From positions 2,368,001-2,432,000 of the forward strand of contig OZ244621.1 of assembly GCA_965218425.1 (NCBI GenBank): a DNA stretch of 64,000 bases. The letters are read 5' to 3'. This stretch comes from an uncultured Candidatus Binatia bacterium (lineage in GTDB: Bacteria > Desulfobacterota > Binatia > UBA9968 > CAXXLF01). Under the pieces are notes generated by a model. It was given only the letters and a program-made list of their open reading frames with translations. It did no database searches and was not told where the DNA came from. Shown in pieces: positions 31,674 through 43,189 of the stretch (the stretch's first letter is position 1; each line of letters starts with the position of its first letter). A program made the position numbers and the translations under genes.

Positions 31674-31705
31674 TAATGACCCGGCGGGGACATTACGGTT
31701 TTTTT
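31671..31705 (+). terminator. intrinsic terminator / attenuator in the kdsB leader
   Basis: CCGTAATG-acccggcgggga-CATTACGG followed by T7. Confidence 0.8.
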
Positions 31706-31776
31706 ATTGTGACCATGAGACAACTGGACATTGAGTATTGCCTAGATCGGGTCTCCACCCTTAGGAACCGAATCTG

Positions 31777-32526
31777 GTGATGACCGTTGTCGCAATCATT
31801 CCGGCCCGATACGGCTCCACACGTTTCCCTGGAAAACCCTTGGCAACCATCGGCGGCAAGCCCATGGTGCAGCATGTCTATGAAAGCGCCTCTAGGCCCC
31901 GGGGTCTGGACCAGGTCTTGGTGGCCACGGATGACCGTCGAATCCTGGAAACGGTTAGGGGCTTTGGTGGGGAGGCGGTGCTCACAGCCATTGATCACGC
32001 CAGCGGAACCGACCGGCTGGCAGAGGTGGCAAAGAAAATAAGATCCCGATGGGTGATCAACGTGCAGGGTGATTTACCGTTTATCCGTCCTCAAACCATC
32101 ACCCGCACCCTCAGGGCACTCCAGCGTGAAAGTTCTATAGTCATGGGGACCGCCAGGGTTCCCATCACTAGCAAGGAAGAGCTGCTAAATCCCAACGTGG
32201 TCAAAGTGGTCACCGATGCCGAGGGATTCGCCTTGTATTTCTCTCGTGCTCCCATACCTTTTAGGCGGACGCCACAGGTACATCAAATGAAAGGTAGAGA
32301 AGTCCTGGGGCATCGTCATCTAGGCATCTATGTCTACCGGCGGGACTTTTTACTCAAGCTCTCCCGTCTCCGGCCCGTTCCTTTGGAGCTCGCCGAAGGG
32401 TTGGAACAGCTACGACCCATGTCCCACGGATATCGCATACGAGTAGTGGATGTGGATGAGAATTCAGTTGAGGTGGATACCCCGCAGGATTTGAAAAGAG
32501 CCGAAAAGTATTTAAAGAACTTGTAA
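31777..32526 (+). CDS. kdsB: 3-deoxy-manno-octulosonate cytidylyltransferase
   Basis: IIPARYGSTRFPGKPL, SGTDRLAE, INVQGD, ALYFSRAPIP, VDTPQDL. Confidence 0.97.
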   Translation: MMTVVAIIPARYGSTRFPGKPLATIGGKPMVQHVYESASRPRGLDQVLVATDDRRILETVRGFGGEAVLTAIDHASGTDRLAEVAKKIRSRWVINVQGDLPFIRPQTITRTLRALQRESSIVMGTARVPITSKEELLNPNVVKVVTDAEGFALYFSRAPIPFRRTPQVHQMKGREVLGHRHLGIYVYRRDFLLKLSRLRPVPLELAEGLEQLRPMSHGYRIRVVDVDENSVEVDTPQDLKRAEKYLKNL

Positions 32527-32532
32527 GGTTAG

Positions 32533-34188
<1,656 letters not shown>

Positions 34189-34209
34189 CGCTCCGCTAGC
34201 TTCGATACC

Positions 34210-35046
34210 ATGTCGAGTAAGGGTGTGAAAATTGGCAGGCTTGAGATCGGTGCTGGAAAGCCTCTCGCCCTTATGGCTGGACCCTGTGTGATCGAAGGAC
34301 GGGAAGCGGCCCTCCACCATGCTTCCCTACTCAAGGAGGTCACGGAGCGGGTTGGTGTGGCCTTTATCTATAAATCCTCCTACGACAAAGCCAATCGAAC
34401 GTCTCTGGAGTCCTATCGAGGCCCGGGCATCGAAAGAGGTCTGGAGATCCTGGCGGAGGTGAAGGAGAAGGTCGGCGTCCCAATCCTCACCGATGTCCAC
34501 GAAAAAGAGCAGGTGAAATTGGTGAAAAAGGTGGCCGATATCCTCCAGATTCCGGCATTTCTCTGCCGTCAGACCGATTTCGTCATGGAGGTGGCGCGGT
34601 CCGGTAAGGCGGTCAATGTTAAGAAGGGACAGTTTCTCGCCCCCTGGGACATTCAAAATGTCGTCGACAAAATCATCTCCACCGGCAATGAAAAGATCAT
34701 GGTGACAGAGCGCGGGGTTTCATTCGGTTACAACAATTTGGTTGCGGACATGCGGTCCTTGGCCGTGCTTCGGGAACTGGGCTATCCTGTGGTGTTCGAT
34801 GCCACCCACAGCCTCCAACTTCCAGGAGGTACAGGAAAGGCATCGGGGGGGCAACGCCAGTTCATTTCTAGCCTGGCCCAGGCGGGGGTGGCGGTGGGAA
34901 TCGATGCGGTGTTCATGGAAGTCCATGAGGACCCGGACCGGGCGCTGAGCGATGGTCCCAATTCACTTCCCTTGAAAGAGTTGGAAGTCCTGCTCAGGCG
35001 TCTCAAAAAAATCGACACTGTCGTGAAAGATGACTTGAGGACTTGA
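34210..35046 (+). CDS. kdsA: KDO-8-phosphate synthase
   Basis: AGPCVIE, YDKANRTS, QIPAFLCRQTD, VFDATHS, SDGPN. Confidence 0.98.
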   Translation: MSSKGVKIGRLEIGAGKPLALMAGPCVIEGREAALHHASLLKEVTERVGVAFIYKSSYDKANRTSLESYRGPGIERGLEILAEVKEKVGVPILTDVHEKEQVKLVKKVADILQIPAFLCRQTDFVMEVARSGKAVNVKKGQFLAPWDIQNVVDKIISTGNEKIMVTERGVSFGYNNLVADMRSLAVLRELGYPVVFDATHSLQLPGGTGKASGGQRQFISSLAQAGVAVGIDAVFMEVHEDPDRALSDGPNSLPLKELEVLLRRLKKIDTVVKDDLRT

Positions 35047-36026
35047 CCGTGAAAGAAAGTGCAAAAATTCTCAAACGTGCGAAGGAAGTTCTGGATGTGG
35101 AGGCGAATGGAATTCTTTCCCTTAGGGATCAACTGGATGAAAGCTTCGTGCGGGCCGTGGAGCTTCTGTTTCGTTGCAAGGGGAAGGTGGTGGTGACGGG
35201 ACTGGGAAAATCGGGACTCATTTGCCGCAAGATCGCAGCGACTCTGTCCAGCACGGGAACGCCTTCCTTTTTTCTCCATGCCGGGGATGGAATCCATGGG
35301 GATCTGGGCATGATCATGAAGGGGGACGTGGTCCTTGCGGTTTCCAACAGCGGTGAGACCGGAGAGCTACTGAAGTTGCTTCCCATCATCAAGAGACTGG
35401 GGTTAAAACTCATTGCAATGACCGGCCACCCCAAGTCCGCCTTGGCCCAGGCGGCAGATGTCGCCCTCAATGTGGTCGTCAAGGAGGAAGCGTGTTCCCT
35501 TGGCCTTTCGCCAACCACAAGTACCACCGCGGCGCTGGCCATGGGTGACGCCCTGGCAGTGGTGCTTTTGAGCGAGAAAAATTTCAAAGAGGAGGACTTC
35601 GCACTCCGACACCCAGGGGGAATTCTGGGACGTAGGCTTCTTCTCCATGTGGAAGATCTGATGCATCAAGGCGAAGATCTACCCCTGGTGGGTCAGGATG
35701 CCCCCATGAAGGACACTCTGCTGGAGATTACTTCGAAACGTTTGGGGATCACCGGAGTGACCGACAACCGTGGCCAGCTAGTGGGTGTAATTACCGACGG
35801 AGATTTGAGAAGAGGTCTCAACAACAAAGGGGACATTTTCCGTCTCAAGGCGAAAGATTTAATGACCAAGAATCCGAAGACCGTAACTTCCGATGAACTT
35901 GCCTCCCGGGCCCTGGCCCTGATGGAGAGGCATTCTATTACCTCCCTGTTTATTCAGCAAAACGGAGACACAAGGCCGTCGGGTGTCATACACATCCATG
36001 ATCTTTTGAAAGCCGGCATCGCTTAA
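35043..36026 (+). CDS. kdsD: arabinose-5-phosphate isomerase (KpsF/GutQ)
   Basis: GLGKSG, HGDLG, SNSGET, PTTSTTA, HPGG, two CBS domains. Confidence 0.95.
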   Translation: MTVKESAKILKRAKEVLDVEANGILSLRDQLDESFVRAVELLFRCKGKVVVTGLGKSGLICRKIAATLSSTGTPSFFLHAGDGIHGDLGMIMKGDVVLAVSNSGETGELLKLLPIIKRLGLKLIAMTGHPKSALAQAADVALNVVVKEEACSLGLSPTTSTTAALAMGDALAVVLLSEKNFKEEDFALRHPGGILGRRLLLHVEDLMHQGEDLPLVGQDAPMKDTLLEITSKRLGITGVTDNRGQLVGVITDGDLRRGLNNKGDIFRLKAKDLMTKNPKTVTSDELASRALALMERHSITSLFIQQNGDTRPSGVIHIHDLLKAGIA

Positions 36027-36034
36027 TCCCTACC

Positions 36035-36571
36035 GTGAGGCCCATTCCAGCAAAGGTCCGAAAGGGGGCCCAGAGGATCAAACTCCTCCTCCTCGACGTG
36101 GATGGGGTCATGACCGATGGGGGTATTGTCATGAACCACCAGGGGGAAGAGATTAAGCGTTTCGACGTGCGTGACGGACACGGGATCAGATTGTTAATAG
36201 ACGCTGGAGTTCAGGTGGGTTTGGTGACGGGACGATCCTCACGGGTGGTGACCCATCGAGCCAAGGACCTCGGTATTCGAATAGTCTACCAAAAAGCCTT
36301 TGACAAACTCCAGGCCTATCAGGAGATAAAGAGGAAGACCGGATTGTCGGATGGCGAGATTGCCTACGTTGGGGATGACGTCGTAGACCTGCCGGTTCTA
36401 CGGCGGGTTGGTCTGGCCATGGCGGTAAAGGATGCGGATGAAAACGTAAGACGTAGAGTGGATTATGTCACAGGGCAAAAAGGGGGAAGAGGGGCGGTTC
36501 GGGAGATAGTGGAACTACTACTGAGGGCGCAGGGAAGGTGGGAGCCGTTGATAAAAAAGTACTTTGAATAA
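36035..36571 (+). CDS. kdsC: KDO-8-phosphate phosphatase
   Basis: LDVDGVMTDG, FDVRDG, YVGDDVVDL, GGRGAVRE. Confidence 0.95.
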   Translation: MRPIPAKVRKGAQRIKLLLLDVDGVMTDGGIVMNHQGEEIKRFDVRDGHGIRLLIDAGVQVGLVTGRSSRVVTHRAKDLGIRIVYQKAFDKLQAYQEIKRKTGLSDGEIAYVGDDVVDLPVLRRVGLAMAVKDADENVRRRVDYVTGQKGGRGAVREIVELLLRAQGRWEPLIKKYFE

Positions 36572-36680
36572 TGGGGTCTTATGTGATCAATGTGAAGTTC
36601 GAGCAAATTCCATGCCCGCCGGCTTTACAGGTTTCCCGAATAATGATATTTGATATTTTCCGAGTGTACGCGGAAAGACC

Positions 36681-37289
36681 ATGGTTAGACCCAAAAAATT
36701 AATAATCCTGTCCGTAATATCGATTTCGTTGGGGGCTGTTGTCTATAAGGTCGCCGAGACCCTTTGGCTGCAAAAAGCCATGGAGTTCCAGGAAGACCCA
36801 ATTAAGATTTTGGACCTTGTGCCCCAGCCTTCCCTTCAGTTGAAGAAGTTCCGCCGAAGCAGAGTCGAAGAGGGACGCAAGGTTTGGGAGATTACCGGTG
36901 ATGAGGCGGTTTATATTAAGGCAGACAGGGAGGCGGTGATTACGGGTCCCAGGCTGGTCTTTTACAATCAAAACGATGAAAACGTGGAGGTCCGTGGCGA
37001 CGTAGGACATCTCTATTTCAACGAGCGGAAAATGGATCGACTGGAGCTGCGCGGCGAGGTGGAAATTTATTACCAAGGGTTTATCCTCAAAACCAATGAG
37101 ATTGTCTACCATCAGAATAAAAACCAGGTCATCTCAAGGGGTAAGGTTGCCATGAAAGGGAAGGGGTTGGATTTAGAGGGTGTAGGAGCAGAGATCTCTC
37201 TGAAAAACTCAAGGCTTCGACTCAGAAATAAGGTGAAAACCAGGATTAGGCCAGGCCTGCTTGAAAAACAGGGGGTAACTGCGGGTTGA
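36681..37289 (+). CDS. lptC: LPS export ABC transporter periplasmic protein LptC
   Basis: N-terminal TM anchor, GRKVWEI, beta-rich body; located between kdsC and lptA. Confidence 0.8.
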   Translation: MVRPKKLIILSVISISLGAVVYKVAETLWLQKAMEFQEDPIKILDLVPQPSLQLKKFRRSRVEEGRKVWEITGDEAVYIKADREAVITGPRLVFYNQNDENVEVRGDVGHLYFNERKMDRLELRGEVEIYYQGFILKTNEIVYHQNKNQVISRGKVAMKGKGLDLEGVGAEISLKNSRLRLRNKVKTRIRPGLLEKQGVTAG

Positions 37290-37837
37290 GAATGGATAGG
37301 GGGTGTTCCAAGCTTCAAAAACTATGTGCAATGGCGTCCATGGGTTTTGCCCTGTTGGCTTACTATCCTAATGGAGAGGCGGCAGGCGTTGAAACGGCGC
37401 AAACACAGACTGGTTTGGAGGGGACCATCACCATTACCTCCGATCGTATGGAATTGGACCAGAAGAAGAACTCCATCGTCTACATCGGCAATGTGGTTAC
37501 TTCCCGTGGGAACGTCACCATTAAAAGCGATACTCTCACCGCCGTCTACAATCCAGAGATGAAACGTCTCACGGGGGTGGTGGCCGAAGGGAATCTCGAG
37601 ATAACCCAGGGAGATCAAATTGCCACGGGGACCAAGGCGGTATTCAACAGTGAAAGTAATTCCGTTGCCCTCACGGGCGACCCTGTGGTGCGGCAAGGAA
37701 ACAGTCGGGTTTCGGGGTGCCGTATTGTTTTGTTCATCGGCGAGGAGCGGGGTGTCGTGGATGGGGGATGCCAAAGAGTGAAGGCGGTGATATTTCCGAT
37801 GAACTTGGAAGGCAGTGAGCGAATCGAAGAGCAATGA
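37286..37837 (+). CDS. lptA: LPS transport periplasmic protein LptA
   Basis: ITITSDRME, YIGNVV, AEGNLEITQG, LTGDPVVRQG; synteny. Confidence 0.88.
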   Translation: MRMDRGCSKLQKLCAMASMGFALLAYYPNGEAAGVETAQTQTGLEGTITITSDRMELDQKKNSIVYIGNVVTSRGNVTIKSDTLTAVYNPEMKRLTGVVAEGNLEITQGDQIATGTKAVFNSESNSVALTGDPVVRQGNSRVSGCRIVLFIGEERGVVDGGCQRVKAVIFPMNLEGSERIEEQ

Positions 37838-37852
37838 TCCAGGAAGCAAGGA

Positions 37853-38575
37853 ATGAGTGTTCTGAAAGCAGAGAGAGTCACCAAGAGCTATCACGGTCGA
37901 CGGGTCGTGGATCAAGTCAATCTAGAAATCAATGGTGGAGAAGTGGTGGGCTTGCTAGGCCCCAATGGTGCGGGAAAGACGACAACGTTTCATATGATGG
38001 TGGGTTTGGTGCGACCCGATGAAGGAAAGGTGTTTCTAAACGGGGAGGATATGACCTCAGCCCCCATTTACCAGAGGGCTCGGGCCGGCATTAGCTACCT
38101 CCCGCAGGAATCCTCTGTGTTCCGGCGACTGACGGTGGAAGGAAACTTGATGGCTATTCTTGAAACACTCGACCTCAGCCGGGAAGAGCGGGAAAATCGT
38201 TCTAAGGAACTCATGCGGATGCTTGGGGTTTCTCACTTGAACAAGCATAAGGCATTTACCCTTTCCGGGGGGGAGCGGCGCAGGGTAGAGATTGCCCGAG
38301 CGTTGGTACTTTCCCCGTTTTTTATACTTCTGGATGAACCCTTCACGGGGGTGGACCCCATTGCTGTGTCGGAAATTCAAAAAATTATCCGCAAACTGAT
38401 CGCGGGCAGTATTGGAGTTCTCATCACGGATCACAACGTTCGCGAGACCATGGGCATCTGCGACCGAGCCTATATCTTGAGCGATGGGATGATCCTGGAG
38501 GAAGGAAGCCCCGAAAAGATTGCCTCCAGCTCCAAGGCCCAAAAAGTTTATCTTGGTGAAGGATTTAGGCTCTAG
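37853..38575 (+). CDS. lptB: LPS export ABC transporter ATPase
   Basis: GPNGAGKTT, YLPQESSVFR, LSGGERRRVEIARAL, LITDHNVRE, VYLGEGF. Confidence 0.97.
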   Translation: MSVLKAERVTKSYHGRRVVDQVNLEINGGEVVGLLGPNGAGKTTTFHMMVGLVRPDEGKVFLNGEDMTSAPIYQRARAGISYLPQESSVFRRLTVEGNLMAILETLDLSREERENRSKELMRMLGVSHLNKHKAFTLSGGERRRVEIARALVLSPFFILLDEPFTGVDPIAVSEIQKIIRKLIAGSIGVLITDHNVRETMGICDRAYILSDGMILEEGSPEKIASSSKAQKVYLGEGFRL

Positions 38576-38577
38576 TT

Positions 38578-40023
38578 ATGGCCCTTGAAACCAGACTCCT
38601 CCAGAAACCTGCTCAACAGCAGGTTATGACTCTTCAACAGCAACAGGACCTCAAACTGTTGCAACTGTCACGTATTGATCTCGAAGACTTAATCGCCCAA
38701 GAGCTTGAAGAGAATCCCGCCCTGGAAGAGACAGCTCCCGAAGAAGATGGGGCCACCGATGAGAACAAGAAGCAAGACAAGACCGATGAGTTGGCCGTGG
38801 CGAAGTCAGAAAAAATTGGGAGTGTCGATTGGCGGGATTATCTGGAAAGCCATTCCAATTCCATTCACGGTTCACTGACTGCCGAGGCGGGGCGAGAGGA
38901 TGGAGATGGGTACCCTTCTTGGGAGAACACCCTGACCAAAACGGAGTCCCTTTGCGATCACTTGGTGTGGCAACTCCGTCTCTCCGATCTTGACGAGCGC
39001 GAACAGGCCATCGGCCTGTACATCATCGGCAACCTCGATGAGAGGGGTTACGTGGAACTGCCCCTGGAAGAGGTCTGTCGGGTGACGGGGGCGACCGCAG
39101 AGGATGCGGAACGGGTCTTGAAGCGAATCCATTTTTTTGACCCGGTTGGAGCGGCCTCCCGCGACCTAAGAGAGTGCCTCCTGGTACAGTTGGAGAATCT
39201 CGGGTTGAACGACAGCCTGGCCGCACGCATCGTCTCGAGCTACCTTCCCGAGCTGGAATCTAGGCGATATGAGAATGTGGCGCGAGAGCTGGGCGTTACC
39301 GTAGACGACGTGGTCACCGCTGCTCATCTCATTGCGACATTGGAACCCAAGCCGGCTCGAAGTTTTGGAGAAGAACAGGTGCGTACCATTATCCCCGATG
39401 TGACGGTACAAAAGCTGGGTGATGAGTGCATGGTTCTGCTCAACGATGAGGGGGTTCCCCGTCTGAGAGTGAGCGCCCTTTACCAGCGGTTGTCTGGTGC
39501 GGAGGGGGATGAGGCTGCCCAGGCAAGGGACTACCTCAAGAAGAAGGTGGAGGCGGCTGCCTACTTGATCAAGAGCATCCATTGGCGGCAGCAAACCCTC
39601 TATCGAGTCACTCAAAGCATTTTCAAGTTTCAACACGATTTCCTGGACAATGGTGTGAGTCAGTTGAAACCCATGGTTTTGAGGGACGTGGCTGAGGATA
39701 TTGGAAGGCACGAGTCTACGGTAAGCCGTGCCACCGCCAATAAATATGTCTATACCCCTCAGGGAGTATTTGCGTTGAAGTATTTTTTCCAGAACGGTCT
39801 TCGGAGAGGGAATGGAGAAGATGTGGCATCGGAAAGCGTCAGGGAGAAGATCCGCAACCTCATCTCCACCGAGGATCCTCGTAAACCATACAGCGACCAA
39901 GACCTCGCTCGGCTTTTTAGCCAACAGACCATTGATATCGCCCGGCGTACGGTTGCCAAGTATCGCGAGGCTATGGGGATTCTCCCATCCTCACGACGTC
40001 GGCAGCCTCACCTTCGTAGGTAG
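38578..40023 (+). CDS. rpoN: RNA polymerase sigma-54 factor
   Basis: HESTVSRAT, RpoN box ARRTVAKYRE, Q/L-rich region I (divergent). Confidence 0.97.
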   Translation: MALETRLLQKPAQQQVMTLQQQQDLKLLQLSRIDLEDLIAQELEENPALEETAPEEDGATDENKKQDKTDELAVAKSEKIGSVDWRDYLESHSNSIHGSLTAEAGREDGDGYPSWENTLTKTESLCDHLVWQLRLSDLDEREQAIGLYIIGNLDERGYVELPLEEVCRVTGATAEDAERVLKRIHFFDPVGAASRDLRECLLVQLENLGLNDSLAARIVSSYLPELESRRYENVARELGVTVDDVVTAAHLIATLEPKPARSFGEEQVRTIIPDVTVQKLGDECMVLLNDEGVPRLRVSALYQRLSGAEGDEAAQARDYLKKKVEAAAYLIKSIHWRQQTLYRVTQSIFKFQHDFLDNGVSQLKPMVLRDVAEDIGRHESTVSRATANKYVYTPQGVFALKYFFQNGLRRGNGEDVASESVREKIRNLISTEDPRKPYSDQDLARLFSQQTIDIARRTVAKYREAMGILPSSRRRQPHLRR

Positions 40024-40290
40024 AATATAGAAATCGAGGAAAGTCAAGCCATGGCTTAACCCCCCTGGCCTCTTTACCCTCCCACCGCGCGCGTACCGTC
40101 TGATCGCGAACATAACGATGTCGAAAAAAATGAGTTTTTCCATAATTTATTGCCATTGCATTTAGGCGCCCATGGAGTTTGAGTTGAAGCTTGACGGACA
40201 CCCACCGTACGGTTAGAGACAGGATGGGATAGTCATTCAATGTTGCGGCGGACAAAATCCAGCACATTTTGAAAGGAGAACAGGCAGGAG

Positions 40291-40752
40291 GTGAGGATCA
40301 CTGATTTTTTAACTGCGGACAGAATCATTCCGGATCTTAAAGGAAGTGACAAGGACACGATCTTGTCAGAAATGGGACATATGCTCGCGTCTCATTCACA
40401 ATCCGTTGATCCTGAAAAAGTGATGGAGATGGTTCTGGCAAGGGAGAAGGTGGGCAGTACGGCCGTGGGAGACGGGGTGGCGATTCCCCACGGAAGAATG
40501 CCAGGGATGAAGCAGGTGGTGGCTGTATTCGCACGGAGCACCCAGGGGGTGGATTTTCGCGCTCCAGACGGCGGATTGACCCATCTCTTTTTTTTCCTGA
40601 TAGCGCCTGAGGAGTCCCCCACGGACCACCTTGAGTGTTTGGCAAGGATCTCCCGTTTGCTTAAGGACGCGGGGTTGCGTTCAAAACTAATGGCGGGAAA
40701 GACGAAGGAAGAGATCTTTAGTGCCCTCCAAGAGGAGGACGGGAAACTCTAA
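40291..40752 (+). CDS. ptsN: PTS EIIA (Ntr/fructose type)
   Basis: REKVGSTAVGDGVAIPHGR, HLECLARISRLL. Confidence 0.88.
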   Translation: MRITDFLTADRIIPDLKGSDKDTILSEMGHMLASHSQSVDPEKVMEMVLAREKVGSTAVGDGVAIPHGRMPGMKQVVAVFARSTQGVDFRAPDGGLTHLFFFLIAPEESPTDHLECLARISRLLKDAGLRSKLMAGKTKEEIFSALQEEDGKL

Positions 40753-40758
40753 TTGGGT

Positions 40759-41624
40759 ATGGCCAAAGCCCTCGATGTTATCGTAATCACCGGACTTTCT
40801 GGCTCGGGGAAGGGTCATGCCATCCACTCTCTAGAAGACAGCGGATTTTTCTGTATCGACAACCTTCCCGTTGTTCTCATCCCTAAATTCATTGATCTTT
40901 GCCAGGGCTATCGGAAGGGAATCCAAAAGATCGCCCTGGGCATTGATCTTCGTGTCGGTCAATTTTTTCAGGATTGGCCCCACGTGCTCGCCGAGATCCG
41001 TGAGGCGGGACACCATCTGAAAGTTCTCTTTTTTGACGCCAGGGACGAAATACTGCTGCGCCGTTTTGGCGGAACCCGACGTCCTCATCCACTAGCCGGA
41101 GGGGGACCCATTCAAGAAGGTATCACCAAGGAGAGAAAGGCCCTGGAAGGTATGCGGGCCCTAGCCGGTATTGCCATTGATACCAGCGATTTTAATGTCC
41201 ATGAGCTCAAAAGGGCCATGGAAAATTATTATTCCGAGATTGTAAGCGCTCGCACCATGACATTCTTCCCAACCTCCTTCGGGTACAAGTTCGGCATTCC
41301 CCACGATACTGACATGATCGTGGACGTTCGATTTCTTCCCGATCCCTTTTTCATTGGCGAGCTGCGGGGAAAAAGCGGTTTAGAGTCCGAAGTTCGGATT
41401 TTATGCTTAAACGCGAGGAAACCAGCGTTTTTCTGGATCGGCTATGTGCTCTCCTGGACTTTACCGTCCCCCAATACGAACGGGAGGGAAAGAGCGCCCT
41501 CACGTTGGCGCTTGGGTGCACCGCGGGGAGGCATCGATCTGTGGTATTGGTGGAAGAGTTGAAGCGCAGGTTGGGAGGCGGACGGTTGGGAATCCACGTT
41601 AAACACCGGGACATCGATCAATAA
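40759..41624 (+). pseudogene. rapZ: RNase adapter RapZ, frameshifted near 41396 (pseudogene or sequencing error)
   Basis: The 5' frame has TGLSGSGK, CIDNLP, RRPHPL, SFGYK, DVRFLP; the 3' frame (41403-41624) has EGKS...GCTAGRHRSV...HRDI. Adding one G to CGGAT restores EVRDFMLK. Confidence 0.85.
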
Positions 41625-41627
41625 ATT

Positions 41628-41906
41628 ATGAAAATCAGTAAACGACTTGAAATAAAGAATCGGCTTGGTCTTCACGCCCGCGCGGCGGCCCTTTTGGTCC
41701 AGACGGTCAGTCGTTTTTCTTCGGAAGTGAAAATTGCCAAGGATGGGCAGGTTGTGGATGGTAGAAGTATCATTGGCCTGCTAACTCTCGGCGCCGCCAA
41801 GGGTAGCAGAGTGCGTGTGGAGGCGAAGGGGAACGATGCCGAGGAATCCCTCGAGGCCATCGAAGATCTTTTCGAAAAACGATTCGATGAGGGTGAGAGC
41901 ACTTGA
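41628..41906 (+). CDS. ptsH: HPr family phosphocarrier protein
   Basis: NRLGLHARAA, DGRSIIGLLTLGA. Confidence 0.9.
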   Translation: MKISKRLEIKNRLGLHARAAALLVQTVSRFSSEVKIAKDGQVVDGRSIIGLLTLGAAKGSRVRVEAKGNDAEESLEAIEDLFEKRFDEGEST

Positions 41907-41963
41907 CTTTGCCGCGGGTTGTCCGCTATGCGTTGTCGTTTCAAAGGGAGGAAGAGTTCGAGA

Positions 41964-43154
41964 ATGGTGGATCAATTAAAAAAAGGTAAAGTTCTATTCA
42001 CTTCCGAGTCCGTCTCGGAGGGACATCCGGACAAGGTATGCGATCAAGTGTCCGATGCCATCCTTGATGCCCATCTCGCAGGTGACCCCAACAGTCGTGT
42101 GGCCTGTGAAACTCTAGTCAAGAGCGGGATCATGGTGATCGCCGGGGAAATCACAAGCAACACCAAAGTGAGCTATGCCGACGTGGCTCGGGAAGTGATC
42201 TTGGATATTGGTTACGACGACGCGGCCAAAGGCTTTGATGCCAATAAGTGTGCCACTATCGTGGCCGTGGAACCCCAATCACAGGATATCTCCATAGGTG
42301 TGACTGAAGGTGAAGGGCTGCATAAGGAGCAGGGAGCAGGGGATCAGGGTATGATGTTCGGGTATGCCTGTGATGAAACCCCGGAGTTTATGCCCTTGCC
42401 GATTCAGATGGCTCAGGATCTGGTTCGCTATTTGGCGAAAATTCGTAAGGGTGGGGAGGCCCCGTTTCTGCGGCCCGACAGCAAGTCTCAAGTGACGGTG
42501 GAATACCGTGATGGCACACCTGAGCGGGTCAGCAGCGTGGTGATCTCGACGCAGCATAGTCCGGAAGTGAAATACGAGAAACTCAAGGAAACCGTTATTG
42601 ATGGGGTGATCAGGGCTGTAGTGCCTACTCACTATTTGGATAAAGACACCGTCTTTCATGTGAATCCCACGGGCCGTTTCGAGATCGGCGGACCCCAAGG
42701 AGACTGCGGTCTCACTGGCCGGAAGATCATTGTGGATACCTATGGCGGTATGGGGCGTCACGGCGGCGGTGCCTTCTCAGGCAAGGATCCCTCCAAGGTG
42801 GATAGAAGCGCCGCCTATATGGCTCGCTATATTGCCAAGAATATCGTGGCCGCTAAATTGGCCCGAAGGTGCGAAGTTCAGATGGCCTACGTCATCGGGG
42901 TCCCCGAGCCTGTCTCGGTGGCAGTGGATACTTTCAATACGGGAGTTATTGGAGACGTGACCCTGGCGGAACTCTTACGTGAACTCTTTAATCTTAGACC
43001 CAAAGGGATCATTGAAACATTACAACTTAGAAGGCCCATCTACCGGCCGACAGCAGCCTATGGACACTTTGGCCGGTCCCCTGAGAACGGCACATTTACC
43101 TGGGAGAAGACTGATCGGGCCAACGATCTTAGCAAGGCTGCGGAGAAGCGCTGA
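41964..43154 (+). CDS. metK: S-adenosylmethionine synthetase
   Basis: [48 protein letters not shown]. Confidence 0.98.
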   Translation: MVDQLKKGKVLFTSESVSEGHPDKVCDQVSDAILDAHLAGDPNSRVACETLVKSGIMVIAGEITSNTKVSYADVAREVILDIGYDDAAKGFDANKCATIVAVEPQSQDISIGVTEGEGLHKEQGAGDQGMMFGYACDETPEFMPLPIQMAQDLVRYLAKIRKGGEAPFLRPDSKSQVTVEYRDGTPERVSSVVISTQHSPEVKYEKLKETVIDGVIRAVVPTHYLDKDTVFHVNPTGRFEIGGPQGDCGLTGRKIIVDTYGGMGRHGGGAFSGKDPSKVDRSAAYMARYIAKNIVAAKLARRCEVQMAYVIGVPEPVSVAVDTFNTGVIGDVTLAELLRELFNLRPKGIIETLQLRRPIYRPTAAYGHFGRSPENGTFTWEKTDRANDLSKAAEKR

Positions 43155-43189
43155 GCGAGGTCCGAGTATGCGGGGGAGGAGATGCAGGA

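Noticed and set aside
39166..39924. Long antisense ORFs (e.g. 39166-39924, 16486-17211, 57470-58279, 55190-55816)
   Set aside because: Shadow frames of well-supported genes on the opposite strand, with no motifs of their own.
41380..41410. Programmed ribosomal frameshift in rapZ
   Set aside because: No canonical slippery heptamer with a stimulatory structure at the junction; the motif decay fits a mutation better.
41907..41963. SAM riboswitch upstream of metK
   Set aside because: The gap is only about 57 bp and lacks recognisable SAM-I/II core motifs.
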